64,000 nucleotides of DNA from Bacteroidales bacterium (GCA_045600525.1 JAZRYC010000010.1:406-64405), one strand, 5' to 3'; shown: positions 48,459 through 57,416, numbered from the stretch's first letter. Translations and numbers: made by a program. Notes: generated from the sequence alone by a model not told the origin.

Positions 48459-49265
48459 ATGAGTCCCGATTTTTTAACATCCGCATTCAACATCTACCTT
48501 TGGGTAATGATTGCCATGGCCGTTGTTGTCTTCATTTCCCTCTATTTTGTAAATGCCGGATATGGCCAATTCACCTCCAACAAATGGGGCAAGGCCATCA
48601 ACAACAAACTGGCCTGGTTCCTTATGGAATTTCCCATCTTCCTGGCTATGATTATCATCTGGCTCTGTTCTCCTCATCGTTTTGATGTGGTCCCGATGGT
48701 TTTCCTACTTATCTTTGAATTCCACTATTTCCAACGGTCACTGATATTTCCTTGGTTAATGAAAGGCAAAAGCAAAATGTCCCTGGCAGTGATGTTCATG
48801 GGTATTTCCTTCAACATCCTCAACGCTATGATGCAGGGTTATTGGATCTTCTTTGAATCCTATAAAGCCAATTACCATGTGTTCGGTCTTGCCTACACCG
48901 ATATTGCCTGGCTATGGTCTCCACAATTCATCATCGGTCTCTGCATCTTCATCTTCGGCTTCATTGTCAATCTGCGTTCCGACTATATCATTCGCCACCT
49001 ACGCAAAAACGATGAAGACACCAAACATTATCTGCCTAAAGGATTCATGTTCAACTATGTCACCAGTGCGAACTACCTGGGCGAACTTACCGAATGGCTC
49101 GGATTCGCCATCCTCACCTGGTCCATTTCCGGATTGGTGTTCTTTATCTGGACCTTTGCCAATCTGGTGCCCCGCGCCAACGCCATTTATAAACGCTACC
49201 AAGCAGAATTTGGCGAAGAAATGAAGCAAAAGAAACTCAAAAGAGTATTCCCGTTTATCTACTAA
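48459..49265 (+). CDS. 3-oxo-5-alpha-steroid 4-dehydrogenase (steroid 5-alpha-reductase/DUF1295) family membrane protein
   Basis: Polytopic. The C-terminal motif YVTSANYLGELTEWLGFAILTWS...YKRYQAEFG is the family signature. Confidence 0.65.
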   Translation: MSPDFLTSAFNIYLWVMIAMAVVVFISLYFVNAGYGQFTSNKWGKAINNKLAWFLMEFPIFLAMIIIWLCSPHRFDVVPMVFLLIFEFHYFQRSLIFPWLMKGKSKMSLAVMFMGISFNILNAMMQGYWIFFESYKANYHVFGLAYTDIAWLWSPQFIIGLCIFIFGFIVNLRSDYIIRHLRKNDEDTKHYLPKGFMFNYVTSANYLGELTEWLGFAILTWSISGLVFFIWTFANLVPRANAIYKRYQAEFGEEMKQKKLKRVFPFIY

Positions 49266-49280
49266 TCTAATCCGCCCAAG

Positions 49281-50531
49281 ATGGAAGAGCTCTATGCCAA
49301 ATACCTGAAACATCCGCAAATATGCACGGATACCCGAAACATCCTTCCGGGCTGCATCTTCGTTTGCCTCAAAGGTGAACGCTTCGATGGCAACCAGTTC
49401 GCGACGCAGGCCTTGGACAAAGGCGCCGCATACGTTGTGACAGAAGACAGTTCCCTATCCAATCATCCCAACTGCATCGTTGTAGACGACTGCCTGAAAA
49501 CCTTACAGGATTTGGCCAGATATCACCGCGAACACCTTACCATCCCTATCATCGGTGTCACCGGTACCAATGGTAAGACAACCACCAAGGAACTGATTGC
49601 CGAGGTTCTTTCCTCCAAATATAAGATCACTTACACACAAGGAAATCTCAACAATCACATCGGCGTTCCGCTCACCCTTCTCTCCATCAAACCGGAAGAC
49701 CAACTTGCCGTTGTGGAAATGGGTGCCAACCATCCAGGGGAAATTGAATTTCTCTGCAACATCGCCCAACCGACCTACGGTGTAATTACCAATATTGGGA
49801 AAGCACATATCGAAGGTTTCGGTTCTGTGGAAGAAATCATCCATACGAAAAAGGCTCTCTACCGCGCTGTCATAAAAAACAAAGGAACGTTGTTTGTAAA
49901 CGTAAACGACAACATTTTACGCGACAGCCTAACCTATGACAACGTGGTGTTTTACGCCGAAGGCGGCGAAGACAACATCGTCAGTATGTCCCCCTATCTG
50001 CAAATCAACGTGGCAGGCCACATCATTGATACACACCTGACGGGCAGCTATAACATCTATAACTTTCTGGCAGCTGCAGCTATTGGGAAACATTTCGACG
50101 TAAGCGATGAACACATCGCCCAAGCATTGTCCTGCTATATGCCCACTAACCATCGATCACAAATCAACACAATCGGCAGCAACACCATCATTTCGGACTA
50201 CTACAACGCCAATCCGACCAGCATGGAGGCCGCCATCCGCAACCTGTCTAAGCTCACTCATCCACACAAACGCGCAATCTTAGGAGACATGCGCGAACTG
50301 GGCGCCATCAGCCGTGAAGAGCACAAACACATTATCGCATTATGCGACGAATTTGATTTGGATGTTATCTTCGTAGGACCGGAATTTAGTGCTCTACAAC
50401 CATCCCACTGCTTCAACAATGTAGAAGAGCTCAACCTTTTCCTCCAAAAGAACCCCATAACTGATTCCATGATTTTAGTAAAAGGATCCAACGGCATCCA
50501 TTTGGACAGACTGACTTCAATTTTGCAATAA
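49281..50531 (+). CDS. murF: UDP-N-acetylmuramoyl-tripeptide--D-alanyl-D-alanine ligase
   Basis: DTRNILPGCIFVCLKGERFDG, GVTGTNGKTTTKE, and DYYNANPTSM motifs. Confidence 0.9.
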   Translation: MEELYAKYLKHPQICTDTRNILPGCIFVCLKGERFDGNQFATQALDKGAAYVVTEDSSLSNHPNCIVVDDCLKTLQDLARYHREHLTIPIIGVTGTNGKTTTKELIAEVLSSKYKITYTQGNLNNHIGVPLTLLSIKPEDQLAVVEMGANHPGEIEFLCNIAQPTYGVITNIGKAHIEGFGSVEEIIHTKKALYRAVIKNKGTLFVNVNDNILRDSLTYDNVVFYAEGGEDNIVSMSPYLQINVAGHIIDTHLTGSYNIYNFLAAAAIGKHFDVSDEHIAQALSCYMPTNHRSQINTIGSNTIISDYYNANPTSMEAAIRNLSKLTHPHKRAILGDMRELGAISREEHKHIIALCDEFDLDVIFVGPEFSALQPSHCFNNVEELNLFLQKNPITDSMILVKGSNGIHLDRLTSILQ

Positions 50532-51589
50532 TGAAATATTCCACAGGCATCGGCGTGATGTCCGGCACCTCACTCGACGGTATAGACTTGGCTTGGTGCA
50601 AATTTTCAGAAGAAGCGAAAAACTGGCACTATGAAATCCTCAAAGCCGACACCTACCCATATACACAATGCATGCGTGAGCAGTTGGCACATGCCACAGA
50701 GCTTTCGGCAGCAGACTACTGCAGGCTGAATGTCGCCTTGGGCAAAGTCATCGCCGAACATATTCGTAAATTTATCGGAAACCGCGCCAAGCCCGACTTC
50801 ATTGCCTCACACGGACATACTGTCTTTCATCAGCCTAACGACGGACTGACCACGCAAATCGGTAGCGGCGCCGTCATCGCAGCCGAGACGGGCATTACCA
50901 CTGTTTGCGATTTCCGAACATTAGACGTGGCCCTTCACGGACAAGGCGCACCTCTTGTTCCTATCGGCGACCAACTCCTATTTGGACAATACGACGCCTG
51001 CCTGAACCTGGGAGGCTTTTCCAATATCTCCTTCCAATGGCGCGGACAACGCATCGCATTTGACATTTCTCCCTGCAACATGGCATTAAACCATCTCGCG
51101 GAAAAAATGGACCTGAACTTCGACAAGGATGGCCAAACCGCCCGATCCGGCGACATCATTCCCGAGCTCCTACAACAATTGAACCTACTGCCCTATTATC
51201 AAACGTCTCCACCTAAATCACTCGGGAAAGAATGGTTTGATCAGTGTTTCCTTCCCATACTAAAACCCTATATTTTCTCAAACAAAATTGCCGATTGCCT
51301 GAGAACAACAACCGAACATATCGCCATTCAACTGGCCTCCGCCCTACCCCAAAACGCCCAAAACCTCCTCATCACTGGCGGCGGCGCAAAGAACAAATTT
51401 CTCATTGAATCACTTCAAAAAAAATGGCCAGGGAATGTCATCGTGCCCGACGAACATACGATAGACTACAAAGAAGCCCTGATTTTCTGCTTCCTCGGAA
51501 TGCTTCGATTAGAACGTAAAATCAACTGTCTGAGCAGTGTCACAGGAGCTTCCGAGGACTGTTGCGGAGGGGCTGTTTATTTTGTTTAA
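50531..51589 (+). CDS. anmK: anhydro-N-acetylmuramic acid kinase
   Basis: GVMSGTSLDGIDLA, HGHTVFH, DFRTLDVALHGQGAPLVP and TGGGAKN motifs. TAATG overlap with murF. Confidence 0.9.
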   Translation: MKYSTGIGVMSGTSLDGIDLAWCKFSEEAKNWHYEILKADTYPYTQCMREQLAHATELSAADYCRLNVALGKVIAEHIRKFIGNRAKPDFIASHGHTVFHQPNDGLTTQIGSGAVIAAETGITTVCDFRTLDVALHGQGAPLVPIGDQLLFGQYDACLNLGGFSNISFQWRGQRIAFDISPCNMALNHLAEKMDLNFDKDGQTARSGDIIPELLQQLNLLPYYQTSPPKSLGKEWFDQCFLPILKPYIFSNKIADCLRTTTEHIAIQLASALPQNAQNLLITGGGAKNKFLIESLQKKWPGNVIVPDEHTIDYKEALIFCFLGMLRLERKINCLSSVTGASEDCCGGAVYFV

Positions 51590-51630
51590 TTTTTTTAACA
51601 AAAAACAAGACGAACAAACGATAAAAATAT

Positions 51631-51638
51631 TACTTTTG
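51631..51638 (+). promoter_or_regulatory. candidate -7 promoter box (TACTTTTG) for tonB
   Basis: Matches TAnnTTTG, 49 nt upstream of ATG 51687. Confidence 0.45.
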
Positions 51639-51686
51639 CAGTCACTATTTTATAATACGAGTATTTAACCTAAAAAGTCATACAAT

Positions 51687-52373
51687 ATGATTACAAAGAA
51701 AACCGACAAAGGAAACCTTGAGAATAAGAGGACGCTCTTTATTCTCGTTGGTTTGGTGGTCGTCCTTGCCTTCGTATATGCTGGTTTTGAGTTATTTGCC
51801 AGTGAAGACAAAGCACCTGCATTCACGGTTGCTGATGACGACTTCATTGAAGTGAAGGATGAAGATGTCATTGCTACAGACCAAACTCCTCCCCCCCCTC
51901 CAGAACCAGTACAACAACAACAAGCAGTCGTGCTGAACATCGTGGAAGACAACATCAAAGTAAACACAGACCTTGACTTCGGCGTTGAATTTGACGAAGA
52001 AGAAGTAGTAGCTGAAATTGATGAAGTGGTAGAAGTCGTAGAAGAAGCCGAAGACGCAGCTCCTCCTGTTTACTTTACGGAAGAAATGCCCGAATTCCCT
52101 GGTGGTATGGATGCCCTTAACACATTCCTCTCCAAAGAAATTCAATATCCGGAAGTGGCTCGTAACAACGGCATCACCGGCACGGTTCTGATTGAATTCG
52201 TGGTTGAACGCGACGGCCGTGTTAGTAACGCAAAAGTTAAAGTCCCTCTTTTCCCTGATTGTGACAAAGAGGCTGTTCGCGGTATCATGGCCATGCCTAA
52301 ATGGAAACCTGGTAAGAATATGGGCAAACCTGTACGTTGCTTCTATCAGGTTCCGGTTACCTTTAGAATGTAA
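51687..52373 (+). CDS. tonB: energy transducer TonB
   Basis: N-terminal TM anchor, Pro-rich spacer (PPPPPEP), acidic linker, and the C-terminal TonB domain (PEFPGG...YPEVARNNGITGTVLIEFVV...G). Confidence 0.82.
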   Translation: MITKKTDKGNLENKRTLFILVGLVVVLAFVYAGFELFASEDKAPAFTVADDDFIEVKDEDVIATDQTPPPPPEPVQQQQAVVLNIVEDNIKVNTDLDFGVEFDEEEVVAEIDEVVEVVEEAEDAAPPVYFTEEMPEFPGGMDALNTFLSKEIQYPEVARNNGITGTVLIEFVVERDGRVSNAKVKVPLFPDCDKEAVRGIMAMPKWKPGKNMGKPVRCFYQVPVTFRM

Positions 52374-52394
52374 TATTTACTTCCCCAAATATAA

Positions 52395-52424
52395 GGCCGC
52401 AGTACCCACATACTGCGGCCTTTT
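52395..52424 (+). terminator. rho-independent terminator
   Basis: Stem ggccgcagta/tactgcggcc, 6-nt loop, TTTT. Confidence 0.75.
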
Positions 52425-52482
52425 CTATATAATAGATATAGGAAGTCCTATTATTCACACATTCATACTACCATTATTGCTT

Positions 52483-52490
52483 TATCTTTG
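52483..52490 (+). promoter_or_regulatory. candidate -7 promoter box (TATCTTTG)
   Basis: Matches TAnnTTTG, 39 nt upstream of ATG 52529. Confidence 0.45.
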
Positions 52491-52528
52491 TATATGGAAT
52501 GTATTGGAAAATAAAACTCTAACCAATA

Positions 52529-53152
52529 ATGGCACAAACCATTGACCCTCAAACCACTTCCCGCGCCAAAGCCTTTGAACTTTGGATGAAATCACCCATG
52601 CCGATGGTCACGCTGACCAAGACCTTCAACATCAGTCATTTGGTGCGAATAAGTAAGAAAAGAAATCTTAAACTCAATATGCTGATGTGCTACTGCATCG
52701 GTCAGGCGGCCAGTACCATCAGGGAATTTTACCTGCTGCCCCAAAAAGACAAAATGCTGCAATACGACACATTGGCCGTCAACGTCATCGTACCCAACCA
52801 ACAGGGAGGCATCAACTTCTGCGACATCCACGTCACCAGCGACCTGCAGCAGTTTAACCACGACTATCTGGAGTTAACGAAATCAGTGGCCGAGAACTGC
52901 GAAAGTTCCTTCCGTGAAGACGACATGGTCATCGGCACCTCCACGATGCCGGCCACCGAACTCAATTGCATTGTCAACCAATACACGGAATTATTCAGCA
53001 ATCCTATGGTGATGTGGGGGAAGTATCGCAAGCATTTGTGGAAAACGGAAGTGCCCGTCTCCTTCCAATTCCACCATGTGCAGATGGACGGCATGGACGC
53101 GGCAAGATTCTTGGAAAAGCTGCAGGAAACGATAAAGTCACTTGCAATATAA
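52529..53152 (+). CDS. CatA-like (chloramphenicol acetyltransferase fold) O-acetyltransferase
   Basis: 207 aa. NPMVMWGKY...VPVSFQFHHVQMDGMDAARF aligns with the CAT catalytic-His region (QVHHAVCDGFH). Confidence 0.62.
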   Translation: MAQTIDPQTTSRAKAFELWMKSPMPMVTLTKTFNISHLVRISKKRNLKLNMLMCYCIGQAASTIREFYLLPQKDKMLQYDTLAVNVIVPNQQGGINFCDIHVTSDLQQFNHDYLELTKSVAENCESSFREDDMVIGTSTMPATELNCIVNQYTELFSNPMVMWGKYRKHLWKTEVPVSFQFHHVQMDGMDAARFLEKLQETIKSLAI

Positions 53153-53170
53153 CTCAAAACACTATCGGAT

Positions 53171-53701
53171 ATGGAAACTCAAATCAAAACGGAAAGACTA
53201 CTACTCCGTCCCTGGCACGAAAATGACGCGCCGGCCTTGTTCAAATATGCCTCTGACCCAGAAGTCGGGCCGCGCGCGGGCTGGCCGCCCCACCAAAGCG
53301 AAGCCGAAAGTTTGGAATTTATCCGCACCATCTTCCATGGCGAAGGCATGTGGGCCATTGTGCTATTAGAAACAGACGAACCCATTGGCTGCGTCGGCTA
53401 TCTGCCGCAGGAAGCAAGCAACATCCCCATTGACGAAAACGAAGCCGAAGTCGGCTATTGGGTCGGCAAGCCCCATTGGAACAAAGGCTTCTGCACAGAA
53501 GCCCTGCACGCCGTGGTGGAATACTGCTTCTGCGAGAAGGGCTTTGCCACACTTTGGGGCGACTACTTCATCGACAATCCCGCATCCCGCAGAGTGATGG
53601 AGAAGTGCGGCTTCACCGACTGCGACATCGAAACCGAATGCCCCAAGCTCTTAGTGGGCAGAGACAAGAAAGTGCGCGTGATGAAATTAAGGAATCGGTA
53701 A
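53171..53701 (+). CDS. GNAT family N-acetyltransferase (RimJ/RimL-like)
   Basis: TERLLLRPW start, WAIVL...IGCVG, GYWVGKPHWNKGFCTEA, and NPASRRVMEKCGF. Confidence 0.8.
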   Translation: METQIKTERLLLRPWHENDAPALFKYASDPEVGPRAGWPPHQSEAESLEFIRTIFHGEGMWAIVLLETDEPIGCVGYLPQEASNIPIDENEAEVGYWVGKPHWNKGFCTEALHAVVEYCFCEKGFATLWGDYFIDNPASRRVMEKCGFTDCDIETECPKLLVGRDKKVRVMKLRNR

Positions 53702-53711
53702 TGAAAATTTT

Positions 53712-53719
53712 TATTTTTG
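53712..53719 (+). promoter_or_regulatory. candidate -7 promoter box (TATTTTTG)
   Basis: Matches TAnnTTTG, 30 nt upstream of ATG 53749. Confidence 0.45.
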
Positions 53720-53748
53720 CCACCCACAATTTTTAATCAAACTCCATT

Positions 53749-54975
53749 ATGAACCACAAGCTATTCCCACATTTCGTCCCAGCCATACTGCCTTTCCTGC
53801 TGGTCCTAATAGCGTGCCAACAGCCTAAGGCTCAAGACGTCACCATTCAACAGCTTCGCCAAGCGGATCTCTCGCAATCTATCATCTGCCACGACACGGT
53901 GTTTGCGGAACCCGAAATATGGATTGACAGCACAAATACTTACGCCACCGAAGATTCTTTGTGCCTCATAAAATTCGGCCATACAGAACCTATTGGCTAT
54001 CGTGGCCCCAATTTTCAAAGATTCTATATCCATTACAACAATGTGAAACATCTCGGTAATGGCGACTATCTGGTGAACGGATACACGCGATGCCGCGACA
54101 CTATCCGCTATTTCTCTGGTCATATCGTACTGGATTCCGCTACTACATACAAAGATTGGGAATTTCCCGAATTAGCGGAAGAAGAAGGTACCATCTTTGC
54201 CCATTATGTTTTCAACGAAGACACCAACTGCACGGGTGCCGGCATTCTATCCGGACGGGCCTCTTTCGACTATGTCAGGCGTCGCGGGCGATATTACTAT
54301 GATGCCTTTGGGGCCGTTGCCGACGGCTACTGCAACAACCAGTACGAAGGTACCTGGACATCGTACGATTTGAAACAAAAGGAAAAATGCAACTGGGGCG
54401 ACTTTCGCATTCCGGACTCCGAAGCGCTTGATACGGGAGTTGCAGAGTTCTATCCCCATGAAAAATATGTTGATTTTGGGTGGAAACTTTATGATGAACT
54501 TTTGTATGCACATTGGGGGACGCCACAATATGACTCCCTTCGAAAATTCAATGAAGTAGATGAAACATGGTGGATGCACATTCAAGATTACACCACGCCC
54601 TACGCCACGCGACTGCGAGCATTGTTGCGTACACCCAAAGAGGAAATCACTGCTGCAGCACTTTGCGATATCATCCCATTCAGTGAATTGGAGATGAGTA
54701 TTTATTACAATATTGTTGAAATAGAAGAAGATACCACCAAGCCTTTTGATCTCACAGAAATTATTCGTAAGTACGCGGCGGCCGATAGTGCGAACGTGTT
54801 GGAAGCCTATATGCGTATGGGAGAGTATGTAGATGGAGAATTAGCCGAGGCGGTCTTTGACGATTACATCTATTTGTATCATCATCTGCCCCAACGTTTT
54901 GCCCAATTACGCAAACTCAGAAGCAAACGGTGGAATGGCGCATTTAATGAGTGGCGGAAATATTATGACGAATGA
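53749..54975 (+). CDS. hypothetical lipoprotein (408 aa)
   Basis: Signal peptide with LIAC lipobox. I recognise no family motifs. Confidence 0.4.
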   Translation: MNHKLFPHFVPAILPFLLVLIACQQPKAQDVTIQQLRQADLSQSIICHDTVFAEPEIWIDSTNTYATEDSLCLIKFGHTEPIGYRGPNFQRFYIHYNNVKHLGNGDYLVNGYTRCRDTIRYFSGHIVLDSATTYKDWEFPELAEEEGTIFAHYVFNEDTNCTGAGILSGRASFDYVRRRGRYYYDAFGAVADGYCNNQYEGTWTSYDLKQKEKCNWGDFRIPDSEALDTGVAEFYPHEKYVDFGWKLYDELLYAHWGTPQYDSLRKFNEVDETWWMHIQDYTTPYATRLRALLRTPKEEITAAALCDIIPFSELEMSIYYNIVEIEEDTTKPFDLTEIIRKYAAADSANVLEAYMRMGEYVDGELAEAVFDDYIYLYHHLPQRFAQLRKLRSKRWNGAFNEWRKYYDE

Positions 54976-55044
54976 TGATTTGACATGCCTTTGGGTCGCC
55001 AGCGTTGAGCTGCCCTAAACAAAGGTGATGTTCTGCGCAAAACA

Positions 55045-55076
55045 CAAAGCGGGGCCGATGTTGATCGGCCCCGCTT
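55045..55076. terminator. bidirectional rho-independent terminator between convergent genes
   Basis: 14-bp stem aaagcggggccgat/atcggccccgcttt with a 4-nt loop. Confidence 0.8.
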
Positions 55077-55099
55077 TATTCATTTCGTTTCTGTAACAA

Positions 55100-55756
55100 T
55101 TAGTAGTTTTCGAGGTGAATTTCAAAATAGGATTGCGGATGAGCACAGGTAGGACATACTTCCGGAGCTTTGGTGCCCACTACGATATGACCGCAGTTGC
55201 GGCATTCCCAAACCTTAACTTCGCTCTTTTCAAATACTTGAGCGGTTTCCACATTCTTCAATAAAGCGCGATAGCGTTCCTCGTGGCGTTTTTCAATAGC
55301 AGCCACCAGGCGGAATTTCTTAGCTAATTCAGCAAAGCCTTCAGCTTCTGCAGTCTTTGCAACACCTTCGTACATATCGGTCCATTCGTAGTTTTCGCCA
55401 GCAGCGGCAGCAGCCAAGTTTTCAGCAGTGTTGCCAATGCCATTCAATTCCTTGAACCACATTTTGGCATGTTCTTTTTCATTGTCAGCTGTTTGCAGGA
55501 AAAGAGCTGCGATTTGTTCGTAACCTTCTTTCTTTGCTTTGGAAGCAAAATAGGTGTACTTGTTTCTAGCCATTGCTTCACCAGCGAAAGCGCCTTCCAA
55601 ATTCTTTTCCGTTTGCGTGCCAGCATACGGATTGGACTTCGTTTCCGTTACAACTTCCAAGTCGTTACCAGACTTACGGCAACGAGGACATACAGCTTCC
55701 TGTCCATCAGCGACTTCAAAAACTTCGCCGCAAACTTTACATTTGTACTTTGTCAT
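55100..55756 (-). CDS. rbr: rubrerythrin with an extra N-terminal rubredoxin-like Cys4 domain
   Basis: N-terminal CKVCG...CPRC, a ferritin-like diiron core ([14 protein letters not shown]...EKEHAKMW...EKRHEERY), and C-terminal CRNCG...CPTC. Confidence 0.9.
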   Translation of the reverse strand: MTKYKCKVCGEVFEVADGQEAVCPRCRKSGNDLEVVTETKSNPYAGTQTEKNLEGAFAGEAMARNKYTYFASKAKKEGYEQIAALFLQTADNEKEHAKMWFKELNGIGNTAENLAAAAAGENYEWTDMYEGVAKTAEAEGFAELAKKFRLVAAIEKRHEERYRALLKNVETAQVFEKSEVKVWECRNCGHIVVGTKAPEVCPTCAHPQSYFEIHLENY

Positions 55757-55772
55757 AATTTTCTTTTTTAAG

Positions 55773-55784
55773 TATTACGTAATA
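55773..55784. promoter_or_regulatory. perfect 12-bp palindrome TATTACGTAATA between the perR stop and the rbr start
   Basis: Self-complementary. Built from the same ATTAC/GTAAT half-sites as the palindrome at 56228-56244, but in the opposite arrangement. Confidence 0.35.
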
Positions 55785-55797
55785 AAATAGATTATTG

Positions 55798-56223
55798 TTA
55801 TTCTTTTTCAGACTGGCAATGCGGGCAAATCCCTTTGTAATAAATTTGCGTCTGCTGCACCTCAAAGCCCGTCATTTCATTCATTCCCAAAAGTTCGACC
55901 ATCTTACCGCCATTTTTCACAGACACATCAAATATCTTCCCACAACGCATACATTGAAAGTGCGCGTGGGGCTCCATCGTGGCATCCAAACGGACATTTC
56001 TCTCATCAATATTCAATAGCTGCACTACCTTCTTTTCTTCAAACAGTTTCAAAGTATTGTAAACCGTTGTCTTCGACAATGTCGGCATAGAAGTATGAAG
56101 CGCATCGTATACGGCCTCTACCGTAGGGTGATTGCAATTGTCGAGCAAATAGTTCATAATTGCAATGCGCTGAGGAGAAGGACGTACGCCTTTGGATAGA
56201 AGGTATTCCTGAACGTTTTTCAT
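55798..56223 (-). CDS. perR: Fur-family transcriptional regulator, PerR-like
   Basis: PSPQRIAIMNYL...HPTVEAVY...TVYNTLKLF winged helix. CxxC...CxxC (CMRCG, CPHC) structural Zn site. Sits next to rubrerythrin. Confidence 0.65.
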   Translation of the reverse strand: MKNVQEYLLSKGVRPSPQRIAIMNYLLDNCNHPTVEAVYDALHTSMPTLSKTTVYNTLKLFEEKKVVQLLNIDERNVRLDATMEPHAHFQCMRCGKIFDVSVKNGGKMVELLGMNEMTGFEVQQTQIYYKGICPHCQSEKE

Positions 56224-56227
56224 AAAA

Positions 56228-56244
56228 TTTGTAATGATTACAAA
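56228..56244. promoter_or_regulatory. candidate PerR/Fur operator: 8-1-8 perfect inverted repeat TTTGTAATgATTACAAA
   Basis: Lies 5-21 nt upstream of the perR start codon and overlaps a candidate -7 box. The geometry is that of Fur-family 7-1-7 boxes. Confidence 0.5.
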
Positions 56245-56248
56245 AATA
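56241..56248 (-). promoter_or_regulatory. candidate -7 promoter box (TATTTTTG on the minus strand), proximal, perR-rbr
   Basis: Matches TAnnTTTG, 18 nt upstream of the start at 56223. Confidence 0.35.
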
Positions 56249-56257
56249 AAACGATTG

Positions 56258-56265
56258 CAAAAATA
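56258..56265 (-). promoter_or_regulatory. candidate -7 promoter box (TATTTTTG on the minus strand), distal, perR-rbr
   Basis: Matches TAnnTTTG, 35 nt upstream of the start at 56223. Confidence 0.4.
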
Positions 56266-56308
56266 GTAAATTTTACAACATCCAAAAATCTTTTGTGAAA
56301 ATTCGCCT

Positions 56309-56342
56309 ATTATTCCGCAAGTTCATAAACATTATTCCGCAA
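56309..56342 (+). promoter_or_regulatory. two exact 12-bp direct repeats ATTATTCCGCAA spaced 22 bp start to start
   Basis: Copies at 56309-56320 and 56331-56342. The second ends 7 nt before the -7 box at 56349. Confidence 0.35.
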
Positions 56343-56348
56343 AAGGAG

Positions 56349-56356
56349 TATTTTTG
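56349..56356 (+). promoter_or_regulatory. candidate -7 promoter box (TATTTTTG) for the GAF-MsrA gene
   Basis: Matches TAnnTTTG, 71 nt upstream of ATG 56427. Confidence 0.45.
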
Positions 56357-56426
56357 CCACTGCTTTATAAGTCTTCGTCAATTATATTTTAGCTGCCGAG
56401 GATCAAGATTTTGAAATACAGATTAA

Positions 56427-57395
56427 ATGATGCAGACCATAACAAACGGTAAAAAAGAAAAATACTCCACCTTACTGTCCATAGTTCGTTCGTTGATGGA
56501 GGGTGAAAGTGACGATATTGCCAAAATGGCCAACCTTGCTGCCTTATTGCACCGCGAATTTGGATTCTGGTGGACGGGGTTCTATCGCGTGATCGATAAC
56601 GAATTGGTGCTCGGACCGTTTCAAGGGCCGCTCGCCTGCACGCACATCGCATACGGGAAAGGCGTGTGCGGAACGGCCTGGCAGCAGCAGCAGACTCTTG
56701 TTGTGCCCGATGTGGAAAAATTCCCAGGACACATCGCCTGCTCTTCCGAATCGCGAAGCGAAATCGTCGTGCCCGTTTGGAACAACAGACATATCGTGGC
56801 TGTGCTGGATATTGACAGTCGTGAATTGGGCACTTTCGATGAGGTTGACCAGCATTATTTGGAGCAGATTGTTGCCTGTCTTTACGATGCGGAGCGGGAA
56901 ATATGGTTCGCGGCGGGATGCTTCTGGGGAGCGCAGAAGTTCTTCAAAATGGTGGACGGCGTGACGTTCACCGAAGTGGGATTTGCCAACGGAAATACCG
57001 AAAACCCATCGTACAAAGAGGTCTACACAGACACCACAGGCCATGCCGAGTGTGTACATATCCGCTACAATCCTAATATCGTAACATTGAATGAATTGGC
57101 AGAACTTTACTTCAAAATCATCGATCCATTGAGTTTGAACAAACAGGGCGAAGACGAAGGTACGCGCTACCGTACCGGCGTCTATTATTCTAACAATCAG
57201 GATTTCGAAACTCTGCAGGCGGTTTTCAAAAAACAAGAATCCGCCTTAGGTTCCAAACTGATGGTGGAATTATTGCCCTTGCAATGTTTTTACACCGCAG
57301 AGGAATACCATCAGGACTATCTTGACAAAAATCCCAACGGCTACTGCCACTTGAGTCAGGAAGTTTTTGAATGGGCGAAAAAGAAGCAGAAATAG
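56427..57395 (+). CDS. msrA: bifunctional free-methionine-(R)-sulfoxide reductase (GAF domain) / peptide-methionine (S)-S-oxide reductase MsrA
   Basis: The N-terminal half (WTGFYRV...LVLGPFQGPLACTHIAYGKGVCG...HIACSSESRSEIVVPV) is fRMsr/GAF. The C-terminal half begins with GCFWGAQKFF, the MsrA active site. Confidence 0.85.
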   Translation: MMQTITNGKKEKYSTLLSIVRSLMEGESDDIAKMANLAALLHREFGFWWTGFYRVIDNELVLGPFQGPLACTHIAYGKGVCGTAWQQQQTLVVPDVEKFPGHIACSSESRSEIVVPVWNNRHIVAVLDIDSRELGTFDEVDQHYLEQIVACLYDAEREIWFAAGCFWGAQKFFKMVDGVTFTEVGFANGNTENPSYKEVYTDTTGHAECVHIRYNPNIVTLNELAELYFKIIDPLSLNKQGEDEGTRYRTGVYYSNNQDFETLQAVFKKQESALGSKLMVELLPLQCFYTAEEYHQDYLDKNPNGYCHLSQEVFEWAKKKQK

Positions 57396-57408
57396 AAGAA
57401 AAATTTGA

Positions 57409-57416
57409 TATTTTTG
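57409..57416 (+). promoter_or_regulatory. candidate -7 promoter box (TATTTTTG)
   Basis: Matches TAnnTTTG, 88 nt upstream of ATG 57504. Confidence 0.35.
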
